Shown here piece by piece: positions 13,590 through 25,590 of a DNA stretch of 64,000 bases. Every line of letters starts with the position of its first letter. Within the stretch, counting starts at the first letter, position 1. This DNA is from Felis catus (taxonomy: Eukaryota), in contig NC_058383.1 of assembly GCF_018350175.1 (NCBI RefSeq), positions 1,116,001 through 1,180,000 on the forward strand, given 5' to 3'. The notes beneath the pieces are model-generated. The model had not been told where the DNA came from and did not search any database. It was given only the letters and a program-made list of their open reading frames with translations. Both the position numbers and the translations under genes were made by a program.

Positions 13590-13803
13590 TTTGTTTTAAT
13601 GTTTACTTATTCTGAGAGAGAGAGAGAGCTCTAGCTCTAGCAGGGAAGGGGCAGAGAGAGAGAGAGGGAGAGAGAGAATCCCAAGCAAGCTCTGCGCTGT
13701 CAGCACCAAGTCCAATGTGGGGCTTGAACCCACAAACCGTGAGATCATAGTCGGACAAAACCAAAAGTCTGACAGTTAACTGACTGAGCCACACAGGCAC
13801 CCC
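13590..13803 (-). mobile_element. Can-SINE
   Basis: Inverse head GAGCCACACAGGCACCCC, (GA)n, T tail; CCCAGATTT on both flanks. Confidence 0.9.
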
Positions 13804-14208
13804 AGATTTTTAAATTTAAAAATCACACTGTTTGGGATTGACTGTATAATTTAGCAATGTCTTCCAGGAACCGGACTGGATGTAGAACAGATCACTGAAA
13901 TCTATCTAGCCAGTCAGTTTCACTAATTTGTGTTTTGGGAATGCAGCGAATGCGGTAAAACCAGACAGAATTCCTGGAACGTGTTCTCAAACGCGTCAGC
14001 TCTCCTGAGGGAAACCAATCGCACCTCTGTCTGGAGGTCTGAAGGCCCCACACCGGCCTGTGGATCTGGACCAGGACTTAGCCACTGTGGAGTTTGCTAG
14101 TGCATGGAGTGAGGTATTCAACCTCGACAAGTGGCCTCGACATTAAATAAAATTTTCGGAAGGAATTTTTCAGATTGAGAAATTGTTCATTTAAATGTTC
14201 ACACTGAG

Positions 14209-14344
14209 AAGTGCCTGGCTGGCTCAGGCAATAGAGCGTGTGGCTCTTGATCTCGGGGTTGTGAGTTCAAGCCCCAGCTTGAGTGTAGAGATTCCTTAAA
14301 AATAAAATCTTTGAAAATTTTCAATAAATAAAATAAATAAAAAA
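14209..14344 (+). mobile_element. Short old Can-SINE
   Basis: GTGCCTGGCTGGCTCAG...GTGAGTTCAAGCCCC; TSD TAAATGTTC(A/C)CACT. Confidence 0.85.
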
Positions 14345-17300
14345 TAAATGTTCCCACTCATTTAATAACGACGACTGCTACCTTTTATCAGATGTTCAAT
14401 AACTGCTTGACTTTCTCCCTAAGTGCTGTACTGTATCCAGCACCCCCCCCCCCCAGCACCGCCGCGTCAGCGCGATTTGATAGTGAAGGAAGCCCACCCT
14501 GGAAGGGGCCAAGTGACTTGCCAAGGCGTCTAGTCCAGGAAGAGTCTGAGCCACAATCCCACCCGAGGTGTCCGGGCCCCAAAGTCTGCTGTTGGACACT
14601 GTGCACTGCCCCGACCCAGAAGGTCACGTCAACGGGAGGAAACTGCTGCCTCGCGCTTGGTGGCCAGACCTGGGGTTCGGTGTCGGGTCTCGTCAGTGTC
14701 TTCCACGTGCGTGGAGGGAATTTGGACAGTGGTTGACACTTCCCGATGCGCTTTCTGTGGGGCCGCAAAGTGAAGGCAGGGGATGGTCGAGGTGGGACCG
14801 AAAGCCCCCAGAGCGTGGTGCAGTGTGCAGACTGCTTCCACGTCACTGAGGTCGGACGCTGAGCCCGTCCCCCTCACCCACCTGGCTTGTTTCTTCGGCC
14901 GGGAGCGGCGTGCGGCTCGGTGGCCTCCCTCCTGCAGGGGTCAGATCCCCGCACCTCCTGGTGAGGCTTTGCTAGCCACCCTGTCGCTTTCTAGGCCGAA
15001 CACCCTGTTGTAATTTTCTTCATACTTTGTGCTGTTTCATATTTTCCTTTCTGTTTGAGTGGCTGTTTTCACTTTCCATCTCCTCTCCACTAAAATGCAA
15101 GTTATGGATGATCAGAAACTTTGCCGAGTCTGCCAGCCAATAGAAAGTTGTTCAATGAACTATTAAATGAACTTCTCAAATCAACAAAGCAAAATACAAG
15201 AGAGACCTCACAACCTGCAAAGAAGAGAATGGATGCCAATAACTTTAAACAAATGGCTGGAATTTAAGTGCAGAGTTAAATTCTGTTCAAGATTCACTGA
15301 GACTGTATAAACAGCTTGATTTTTCCTGCACTCTTAGATTGGCAACCTATTTGAAAGGAGCTGGAAATCCTCAGCTTTTTAATAAAAATCTCACCAACAA
15401 AGAAAGGCTACCAGATACCTTTGGATTGGGCACCGGACCAACACGGCCGTGTTAGGCAGCCGCACTGTTGGCCATCTGGCCCGACTGCTCGGAGTTTCAG
15501 AGGCTGAAACGTTTCCACTGAAACCCAGCATAGACTGCTCTTCGTTGAGAGGAAGGAGGCAAGAGCAGGTTTTCCTGAGTGCCGGAAACCCCCTTCGGTA
15601 AAATGATGTCCAACCCAAACTCTAGTGCCTTGGAGGGTAGTAAAATGTGCACAGAAACCCTTGTAATGTGGGGAGATTACGGTGTCCATAAATATTTATG
15701 GGGCAGCCACAGCTTCTTAGGCAGAATACACAGGACATCTGCCACCAAGGCTGAAATACCCACTGGATATTTCCGTCCGTAGACTCGAGGAACATACTCG
15801 TTTTTTACAAAGAAAGGTCGTGTTTTGAAGGTGAGTTTGGGGTCAGAGGGCTTATCTCCTTCTAAATTCCCCACCTACTGAAACTGTCTGCCTCAGAGAT
15901 CTCACAAGACGCCCTCGCCCCACTGATTTCTAATCCCTTGCTGTCTCCCACCAGGAGGGGACTCCGCTGTCTGGCCCTTGCCGGTCCTGGTGCGACGCCC
16001 TGACTCACGGCTCCAGGGAGGCGTGCGGCGTGCAAGGAGAGGCGCGTGCCGGCTCGATCCCGGCGCCTCCTTGGCCTTGAGCCCCCGGGAAGGCTGAGCG
16101 CTCGGTTCTTGAGTTTTGCTGGCAGTTTTCCCACTTGCCGCGGAGTTCCCCGTAAGAAGTGTGGTCTTCCTCCTGTTGTTTTGGGTTGTTGTTTATACAG
16201 CGCTCCAGATACATATGGCACATGGAAGCAATTAAGGTAAAGACGTAAAGTGGGCCTGTCCCCCAGGGCTCCCGATCTGCCAATCTCCCGCTTCCAGGGA
16301 GGCCCCGCGTAGACAGGAGCCTCGTGACGTGAGGCTCACACGGAACAGGCACGGGGAGAGTACACTGTGCAGAGCGGTTCCGTTTTGTCGCTTTTTAAGA
16401 TTGGTTTTTAACGTCAGTTGACAGAAAACAGAAGCCCTTCCGTACAAAAATGAATCAGGTTTGTAGCTGCTGCTGCTGGTGGAAACTCATACTGTGGCTT
16501 GGTAGCCACGCAGGCTGTGACAGACATTTGCCGTCTCTCATCTAGAAACTGCCATAAACCGTCTGGTATGAGTGTGTCTTCACGGGTGCAAAAGAGAGAC
16601 AGACGGGAGGCCTCAGGGAGCAAAGGCCGTGACATCGTCCGTGATGGCTTCTCTCCATTCCTGTGCGTCACTGGCAGTTTGGTCCACCTGGAGGTGGCCA
16701 CGCGGTGCGGCATGGGGACTCCACACGCACTCTCTCGGTGACCATGACTTGCCACCATTGCCCCCACCGAGCCGTGCTGGCCTTTTCACACTCGGTAGCG
16801 TGTGCATACGTGGCTTGTAAGTGTGCCGTGGCCACTAGCAACCAACACATCCTTCCTCTCTCTTCCCCCCGAACTGCCACGGGGGCATTGTGCAGAGTGT
16901 GGCGAGAACAGAGATGCCCTGGTTGTCTTAGGCTCAGCCCTGAGGAGAAAAGACTAAACTCCAATCCAACAGAGCGTCATTAATGTGGAACAGTAGAAAA
17001 GGCGCCTACCCTCTGCACTTACCACGGTCAAGTGGACTTCTTGTACTGGACATTGACTTGCTGTGCCGTTGAATGTGATTCCTTACAACGTGAAAATTTA
17101 ACCAAGACAGGGTTGTGCAGGGTTGTGCAAGACAGGGTTACGCAACAGCAAGAAGCCACCTTATATTTAACCTGAAGGGGGCAGCAGCTTATTCTCTCCA
17201 AGGCTTGAAGCCCTATTTAGACCCAAGGGAGGGGGAGGGGGTCTTGCAACGTGAGTGTGTAAGTTATAGTAGCAGAGAGCAGATATATGGAGAGACCTGC

Positions 17301-17667
17301 CACATTCAGATTTTAGCAATGCTCATAAACCCTTTCTGATGACACATAATGGAGAGAAGAGAGCAGGGGATAAAATTTTGATAGCGATTTAGGCTGACTG
17401 AATGTGAACAGACTTGATTTAATATTCAGACTAGTCAAGTAATTTGCTCAGAACTCCAAAATAATAAATATAAATGTGAAGTAAATGGCATCAGGCCGGC
17501 CAGAGGCCCAGGGGAGAGTGCCATGCCGACCCAGGGTGGGGCCTCTCGTCTGTTTCTGCTTCAGACCCCTGACATTCGGGGCCGGGGCAGCCAGGCAAAT
17601 GACCCTGAGACGGCACGCATGTGTTTCCCCATCCCAGCCTGGCAGCCCCTGGGCTTTGCCAGAGGTG

Positions 17668-17711
17668 TCTCCCTCTCCCTCTCTCCCTCTCTCCCTCTCT
17701 CTTTCTCTCTT

Positions 17712-17799
<88 letters not shown>
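17668..17799. repeat. Compound (CT)n(CA)n microsatellite
   Basis: Direct reading. Confidence 0.97.
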
Positions 17800-18634
17800 T
17801 GGCTAAGCATGTCTGAGAACAATTCAGTTCCCAGTAACTCTGATTCTATGGACAAAGGGAAGCTTCTTGTAGTCAGGGATCAGGATTTTTTTTCTGTGTG
17901 ACGAGCCCAGGATTTATTTTGGCAAGTTCAAAAAGTAGTATGTGTTTTCATGAATTCCCAGGCATTGTCTGCCTCAACTGGGCTGGGCTGGAGCCCCTGG
18001 GTTCCAGCTTTCGTGACCTGTGCTCATTTAAAAAGATGATTTACAGCATCAATAAGAGAACAGCACAGAAGCAGACACAGTCAGCTGCATTTTAGTTTCA
18101 GAAAATAAGACGGTCTCTAGGACATGACACAGTGACTTCATTTTAAATACTGCCCGTAAATTTCGGTATCACTTGAATATTTGAAAGAGAATTATGGGTG
18201 TTCACAGCATTCGTTGATCTAGGGCTCAAGGGTGGTGTGGGGAAAAAAATCCCAAAGTCTTGAAGGAGGATATTTTCAACCTCTTTCTCCATCTGAAATC
18301 CAGCTGCTGTGTGTTCCCCCGGCATGTTCCCAAAGCTTGTTCATGTTCCACCGTCACGGCATCCCCAGGTCACCCACACTGCTGTCAACCACGTCCCACT
18401 TGTGCTCCTCTAAACCAGTGTACTTGTCAGCTTACGTAAATACAGAATGAAGCTGTGAGTCACCAAAATTATCCTTGTGGCTTTTGGGGCACGCGTAACT
18501 TTTAACGCACTACTTAAATTACCGGTCTAAAATCGATCAGAATCTTGGCCCTCCTCCTGACCGAGACAAGGACCTCGGGTTGCCTCATTTGCAACCGCTG
18601 TCACCTTCGCTCCGTGTCACTGTCCGTGTCCGGC

Positions 18635-19625
18635 CCTTCCGGTGTCAGCATCTTTGCCGTAGACACCTTTGCCTCAAGCACTTTTTTCCATAGACATTTT
18701 CGCTGCATAACTAATTGGCCATAAGGCAGTTTTGCCATAGAAGGTAAAAAAATAATTGTTGACAGTTCAGTTTGACAATTTGGTTCCATCAGACTGGTTC
18801 ACAGTTTGGTCTCTGTTGGTGCAGGACTCCCACTTTTATATTATATAGATCTTAGCCCTCCTGATGGTCTACACGGCCGCACGGGGTGTTCAGACCACAT
18901 TTCCCGTGGAACTTTGGAACATCTATCAGCAGACATGTGACAGTTTGCCACGAACACACAATAGCGTGGATGGCTTTCACAGCGTAGCACAAAGCCCAGT
19001 TACAGTACGCACCCTCGTATCTAGAAACTGGTGCCTCTCTTAACGAAGGAAGGAATTTTAGTGGAAAAGGCAGTGTGATGCCGGACAAGGAAACAGACTG
19101 ACAAGCAAAACAGTGCCCAATACCAAGAACAGAAGACGTGGAAGACAAGTCCACAAAGTAAATCAGTCATTTGTCAGTATTGACCATGAATCTGCACCAT
19201 ACGTTTTGGTTTTTTTTAATTTTTTTTTTTAACGTTTATTTATTTTTGAGACAGAGAGAGACAGAGCATGAACGGGGAGGGTCAGAGAGAGGGAGACACA
19301 GAATATGAAGCAGGCTCCAGGCTCTGAGCAGTCAGCACAGAGGCCGACACGGGGCTCGAACTCAGATACCGCGAGATCGTGACCTCAGCCGAAGTCGGCC
19401 GCTTAACCGACTGAGCCACCTGGGCGCCCCATCTGCACCATACGTTTTGAATGTGTTCAAATATCTTGTGTTTTGAAATAAAGTCTTGAATTTTTATTCG
19501 TTTTTTGTGTTCCATTGTGTCCTTTTCCACGAATGTCCCTCTTTTATCTTTTGTGATCTTGTGTCTTTTGTATCTTTTATGGCAGCATTGCCTTACGGCC
19601 CGCTGGTTCTATGGTGTCTGGAACC
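18635..19625 (+). mobile_element. Mutator-like (MULE, Ricksha-type) DNA transposon fossil
   Basis: Inverted repeats 18709-18744 / 19573-19608 (26/36 identical); ~15-bp subterminal repeats; transposase relic FPVELWNIYQQTCDSLPRTHNSVDGFH (18900-18980) then HPRI*KLVPLLTKE after a frameshift. Confidence 0.8.
19209..19430 (-). mobile_element. Feline Can-SINE nested in the MULE fossil
   Basis: Perfect 19-bp TSD ATCTGCACCATACGTTTTG at 19190-19208 and 19431-19449. Confidence 0.95.
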
Positions 19626-19699
19626 ATCACTGCCCCCCAGAGTCGTGTTTCCATCTCGTTTCCAACCACCTAGTAAGCCCTTGGCATGATCACATGTTG

Positions 19700-20330
19700 G
19701 ATCGTCAGTGCTTCTTGAGGTGTCGTCACGTTTGCTTTGTTAATTTCACTAATGCACCTTGTGTGTCACTCCTTCCTTCCAGAATTGCCTCATTTCCTTA
19801 GTTCTTTCAGCAAGGTCAGGTGGTGGTAAGTGTTCCTGTTGGAACATGTCTGTGTGTCTTCGTCTTACCTGGAGCTGGTTTAGCGAGGTGTGGACGGTTG
19901 TGCACTACAAGGTTCGCGCAGCCTTTGGAAGATCTTGTTCCATCACGTCTTTGATTCTATTTTGCAGCTGAGAAGTCTGCTGTCCCTGCCCCCGGCTGTC
20001 GGTAACTGTTGCTGCCTCACTGACAGCTTGCAAGGTCGTCTCTCTGTCTTTGGTAACCTGTGGTTTTCACTGTAACTTATTTAGTCAGGGATCTCTTTTA
20101 TCCTGCTTGGGACTTAAGTCTTATGAATCCAGGAAGGTATAATTTAATCAGTTTTGTAAAATTCTCAGGCATTATCTCTGCCGTGTTGCCTCTATTTCTT
20201 TATCCTTGGAGGATGCCTGTGGGCTCCCTGCTGGACCACTCACGCCTCCTGTGTCTCCATACCCCTGTCCTCAGCCTCTTGGTTCACACCCCCTTCTGTC
20301 ACCTCTCCTTGTCCCCACCTTGCTTCCACG
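19700..20330 (-). mobile_element. Ancient L1 fragment (5'/ORF1 region)
   Basis: T-rich; GCTGAGAAGTCTGCTGTC and TTAATCAGTTTTGTAAAATTCTCAGGCATTATCTCT resemble inverse old L1M sequence. Confidence 0.55.
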
Positions 20331-20649
20331 CGCAGTGATCACTGGAATCTTCTTTTCCTTCCTTGTTCTCTTTATCCCTTTATTGCTCCCAATTACTGCA
20401 CCCGAAACAATACCTTACTTACTGTGGAGGTGCAACCGACATGTGTTGATCGAATTTCATTTTTAAAAACATCAGGAACAAACACCCAGAAATCCACTAT
20501 AGAACATTTCCCTGGAGAACCTCACGAAACCACAGGATCACGTCTATAGAGTTCTCTTCTAGGCCCCTGTATCTTTGGTTGGCAGCCAGCCTGATCTCTT
20601 TTAGGCCTGTCCTAATTTATTTTTGGTCCCGTGCATATGAGCTGGCGCT

Positions 20650-22000
20650 TATTTTCATAACTGCGTTTATGCTTCCCAGCCACGACAGACAAATCGTTGC
20701 CCTGGGCTCCCTCGTGGCCCCGAGCTTCAGCTCACCTCCTGCCCGAAGGAGTAACTCACCCTCCAGCAGGCTCCAGTCTGTTCTCTGCAATTAGTTATCT
20801 AGCAATTGAGCGAGCTTCTCGGGATGACTGTCTCTCAGAGAGACAACTGCAGATGCGGCGGGCGACGGCCTTTCTGAAGTCTGAGCGCCTGTGCGCACGG
20901 TAGGGAGTGGCGTTCGCTGTCTGTGAGCGTTTGGAGAGAAGCACAAGCAGCGGCGACACCACTTTTTTCCAGTCGTGTTTGTAGCCAGTCGGCCCCCTCC
21001 TGCCACATCCTGGCCCACAGGCTCCAAGAGGGAAGTTTCTGTCCCGGAGCACGGGAAAACCGATGAAAGAAAGCGTCTCTTTACAACATTGCCGACAACA
21101 TCCACCTCCACTGGTCCGTGATTTCTGTGGAATCCGGACCCCCCTCGCTCCCGACGTTCTAATTAGGCAGTTCGCTTGCTTTCGGAGCGTTGGAAACATC
21201 GGCTCAGAGCCTCCCAGCCCCTTCCCCTGAAAACCCCGGCATGAGCAGAAGGAGGCCGAGCTGAGGGAGGAGAGAGGGCTGCCAACCGAGCCCGGGTTTT
21301 CAGGCAGAAGTGGCGTTGCCATTTGGCTTCTTCTAACTACGGCAACGACTCCCAAGTTGTTCTTTGGGTGACACCGAGGGTCGGGGGTCAGAGGGAGGGA
21401 AGAGAGGGAACCCTTGCCTGCTGGCCAGTTGCCAGATTGAAGTCCAAACACCTGGGTGCCAGACGTGCCTCGGGCGCGAGGCCCACTGTGGACCGGCGGC
21501 TGCACTTCGCGCGGGAGATGTTGCGCTCGTCCGGGAGAGGATTGCGAGACCACACCGAAGACGGGCGGCCCGTGGCCCGGGTTGCCTCCGCCCGCTCGCT
21601 TTCTTCTCCACCCGCCTTCCAGACCCTCTGCACCCTTGCCCGCCTGAGGGCTCGCTGCCAGCTCATCAGTCTGGCACCTTCTGCACCAGACCTTGGCCCT
21701 GATCTCAATCATTCACGCCTCGCTGTCTTTACCGAAGTTCGGCGGAGGGAGACGCAGCTGGTTGGTACCTTCAGGTGATGGTCTGGGACCGTCGTGCCGT
21801 GGCCAGGTGGTGGAGGTAAAGCAAGAAGCAGCAGGCTGGCCGCGCTGCCCCCAACCGACAGCCATGGTCAGGAGAAGTCCGGAACGACGTGGTGGTGCCC
21901 CGTGGGTCAGAACGCCGCTGGCCGGGATGCCACAGGAAGCGAAGGCCGCCCTCACGTCTGCTTGGTATTTATTGAGCTCCTGTCTCCCTTCGAGCGGGAG
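20650..22000 (+). mobile_element. Probable highly decayed ERVL-like (class III) pol relic
   Basis: Colinear, frameshifted weak matches to recalled ERVL RT/RNase H motifs (NRCPG, EGV, MTV, LFS, ATSW, ASSNY, TLACW, AVFTE..GTFR*W..GGGK). Confidence 0.45.
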
Positions 22001-22654
22001 CACTTGCCGGGCATGCCCCTCCTCCCTCCTCCTGGGAGTCTGAGCTTGGCTCTCTCCCTCTCCGGTTATGGGGTTTGGACGAAAGCAGGCCTGTCTGCAA
22101 TGTGGCTCCCTTGCCCGTTGCTAGCGCTGGGCCCGTTACCTCATCTCTCTGCTCGGGCGTCTCAATGTGTGAAACTGAGGGGTGGTGAAATGCATCTTGC
22201 CAGGGCATCAACAGGAGTGAAAGGGCCCGGCCCAGGACAGGCTGGCACTCTGCCCTCCTCCCCTTCGCCTGACCTTCGGTGGTGTATTGCTGGGTCTTTG
22301 TGGCTGGAGTGTTAGAAGATTTTAACATAGTTCAAAATGAAGCAGGTCTGGGGAAAAAAATAGATGTGGCCGATAGTGACAGCCCCCCTCTGCCAGAAGA
22401 CATCCTCGGGTGACCCGACGCCCTTTCTGACACCCACGTGCTGGCATCTTAGGAAATATCAAGCCACATGAAGAGCCGAGAAGGACCCTCCAGTCTGCGT
22501 CCCACATTCCTGCTCGGGCGGGCAGCTGCCGTCACCGGTCACCGACTCTGCACGTCCCGTCTTCAGTCCCCTAACTGGGCCGGAGGGGAGCAGATTGACC
22601 TGCAAAGACTGAAAGAGGAGAAATGTCTCTGGGGGGGGGGGGGTTCCTCAAGGC

Positions 22655-23120
22655 CCCACGTGACCCCACCGCTCCACCCCCGGGGCAGACACCCGGAAGA
22701 ACTGAGAACAAGCGCTCCAGACAGACACCTGTGCGCAGTGTTCGTGGTAGTGCACGGCGGGAAGGAGTGTGTCTGCGACAGACGACAGACGAGTGGAGAC
22801 GAGGAGCGTGATGTCCACACACACGGAGTATCACTCAGCCTGGGAAAGACACGAAGTTCTGACACTTGACAGCAGAGGCGGGCCTCAAAAACATGATGCC
22901 CAGTGAAAGAAGCCAGACGCAAAGGCCACGTTTTCTCTGGGTCCGGTTCTGTGACATCCACAGAGACAGAAAGCAGATCAGTGGGTGCCAGGGGCCGGGG
23001 GGTGGGAAATGGGGGTGGGAGGCGGGCTTCTTAGAGACGGAGTGTTCGGGAACCGGTCAGAGGCGGCGGTTACACAACACGCACAAATGATGTTCACTCT
23101 CACATGGTGAATTTCCCCTA
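22655..23120 (+). mobile_element. L1MB-type 3' end, GC-enriched
   Basis: GAAGTTCTGACAC...CCAGTGAAAGAAGCCAGAC...CACAGAGACAGAAAGCAGATCAGTGGGTGCCAGGGG...ATGGTGAATTT. Confidence 0.8.
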
Positions 23121-24886
23121 AAAAACGCCCCCACAGCGTCTCATAGAGCCATACACCTTTCCAAAAAAAACTTCAGGAAAAGAGCAAACTGTGCGTTTCT
23201 GTGTGAGAACCAGTGAGCACATAATCCAAGCAGAACTTCCCCTCAACCGCTCCTGGACAAAGAGGAAACTTTTCTCTTGCTCTGAGATCCTACCGTGCCG
23301 GCGACCCCGCCCCCGTCACGGCCATTCCCTAGCCCAAACGTGCTCCTGCGGATCACGCCTGTGGAACTGCTCTCTTTCTGATTTGGCCTCTTTCACATTG
23401 GAAGTAATTTGGGATCAGCTCTAATATTTTTTGCTTTAGAAAAGTAGTAAAAATTAATTAATCTACAACCGCGCTGATAGCAAAAGTTAATAGAAATTTT
23501 AATAAAAATACAACCTCAATAAGCTTCTCTATTGTTCTAATAAATGCAGTAGTAGTTTAGAATCGTAGATAAAAAAAATTAATAAAACAGCTGAGGCTAG
23601 GGACCAGGAAGCTCAGATGAAGGGACAGTCTCTGCCCCACTTCCCCAGCCGCTGAGGGAAGAAGATGCCCGTGATGAGCGGTTCCCACTTGATGCTGTGC
23701 GGTTCCCACTTGATGCTGTGCGTTGGAAATTTTCTTGAACATTTAACTAATTCTCCTTGTGTGATGGCCTATTTTTTAATTATTCAGATATTTTTATCCA
23801 ATATAAAGAGGTCTTGTCGACAACTCTGATACCAAAATACAGTGATACATTCACAGAGAAGATAACTAGGGAGAGGGTTCTAAGAAAACCCAAAGACACA
23901 CTTGGCTTTGAAGGCACGGGGAAAAGCGGGAGCTTTGAGTTCATGAGGCCCCCATGTCGGGCTGGCGTTCCCGGGCTCACGGCAGCCTGTTCCTCAGGGT
24001 AAGCAGACAGATCCCAGGCGGGGTGGACAGTCGGGTGAGAAGCGACATCCCGGGACAGGCAGCCTGTTCGGGAATGGGCTGCACGCTGGAGAAGTGCTCG
24101 AGGCAGAGCCTGGGGCCCCGATGGTGACCTGCTCAGGTCACAGGGTCTCTGCTGGCCTGGCCTCTGGGTGGAAAACCAAATGGGAATGTCTTTGGTCACG
24201 TAGAGCTTGTTAGAAGGTGAGGGAAGTATGGAAACGAAAGAATAGGGAAGCGAAAGGCATTTTAGTTGCTTTTCATGTAGCCAGCTTTCTTTGCTAAATT
24301 CCAGAACTAGAATTTAAATGAAGTCAATGTTGCCAGAAATCAGCATTCTGCTGTGCTGAGAATATCGGAGGTGGAGGAGAAGGTGTGCCCTGCAAGGCCC
24401 ATTAAGGGGCTAAAGCGATAGAAAGGACGCCTGCAGACGGACCCCAGGGGATCACTAACTCTGCTCGCGCCTCCTCCCCACCCCCACCCCCCCAGGGCCC
24501 CTGCAGAGCAAGGGTCGCTGTAGCAGCACTGGCGGAGACATTGTTCCCTCCCCGGGCACTGGCACCAGCTTCCGGGGGCGGTCCGGAGCCCTCCCTGCAC
24601 TGTCCTTGCCGCCTCTCCAGAGTGATGGGGAGAGCTGGCAGCGGGGAGAGGAGGGCTAGTCCGGAAGTAAGGCCTTGGGGCAGGAGGGAGAGCTGCAAGG
24701 TGCCTGAGCGGCGCATCCCTCGGCTTGTTCCTTGTTCCACCCGCTGCCTGGACTCTGCCCGTCACTCACACCTGCCCTCGCGTGGGGCCCTCTGAGCCTG
24801 GGCATCTGCAGGGGCTCCATCTGTGGGGAGAGAGAGCAGCCGCTCCTGGGGAAAACCCGAGAAGTCTCTTAAAAATTATTATGGTA

Positions 24887-25114
24887 GGGGCACCTGGGTG
24901 GCTCCGTCGGTCGAGAGTCTGACTTCGCTTTAGGTCATGATCTCACAGTTGGTGTGTTCGAACCCGGCATGGGGCTCTGTGCCGACAGCTCCGAGCCTGG
25001 AGCCTGCCTCGGATTCTGTGTCTCCTCTCTGCCCTTCCCCCGCTAGTGCTCTGCCTCCGTCTCTCTTTCTCTCCGTCTTTCTATCCCTCAAAAATAAACA
25101 TTAAAAATGTTTTG
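24887..25114 (+). mobile_element. Feline Can-SINE
   Basis: GGGGCACCTGGGTGGCTC head; TSD AATTATTA(T/C)GGTA. Confidence 0.92.
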
Positions 25115-25209
25115 AATTATTACGGTAAATTTCAACTGTGAACAAAAGTAGAGCTTTTGAGTCCCCACGTACCCATCACCAGCTTTTTATCCCTCCCCTC
25201 TACTGTTTT

Positions 25210-25590
25210 TTTCTTCATTGTAGAGAGATACGCATAGCATAAAAATTTACCATTTTAACTGTTTTTAAGTGTACGATTCAGGGGCATTAAGCACATTCAC
25301 ACTGCTGTGCAACCATCATCACGGTCATCTCCAAAATGTTCCATATCCCCACACTGCGACTCTGTCCCCGTTACACACTGACCTCCACCCGCTCCCCCAG
25401 CCCACCCCCCACCTCCGCCCGTGTCTGTGTCTGAGAGTCTGACGACCCCGGGACCGTGTGTGAGTGGGTCCCAGTACGTGTCCTCCCGTGTCTGAATCTG
25501 GCTCATCGGAGAACCTCATGTGAGCAGACGCATATGGTATGTGTCCTTTGGTGACAAATTTCACAAACGTATGATTTCACTTAGCATAAT
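25210..25590 (-). mobile_element. Old L1 3' fragment
   Basis: ATAAAAATTTACCATTTTAACTGTTTTTAAGTGTACGATTCAG...GTGCAACCATCA. Confidence 0.8.

Noticed and set aside
17448..17901. ORFs with CVCV/RERE/THTH runs
   Set aside because: Translations of the (CT)n(CA)n microsatellite
18648..18740. CRISPR-like repeat array
   Set aside because: Eukaryotic DNA, degenerate units with no spacers; explained as transposon subterminal repeats
20795..21712. 305-aa minus-strand ORF, with faint BED-finger/hAT-like words in nearby frames (SSVWS..ISRAKC, LIAE)
   Set aside because: Non-ATG start, Cys/His ligands incomplete, no coherent domain; better explained as the antisense of a GC-rich decayed + strand retroelement
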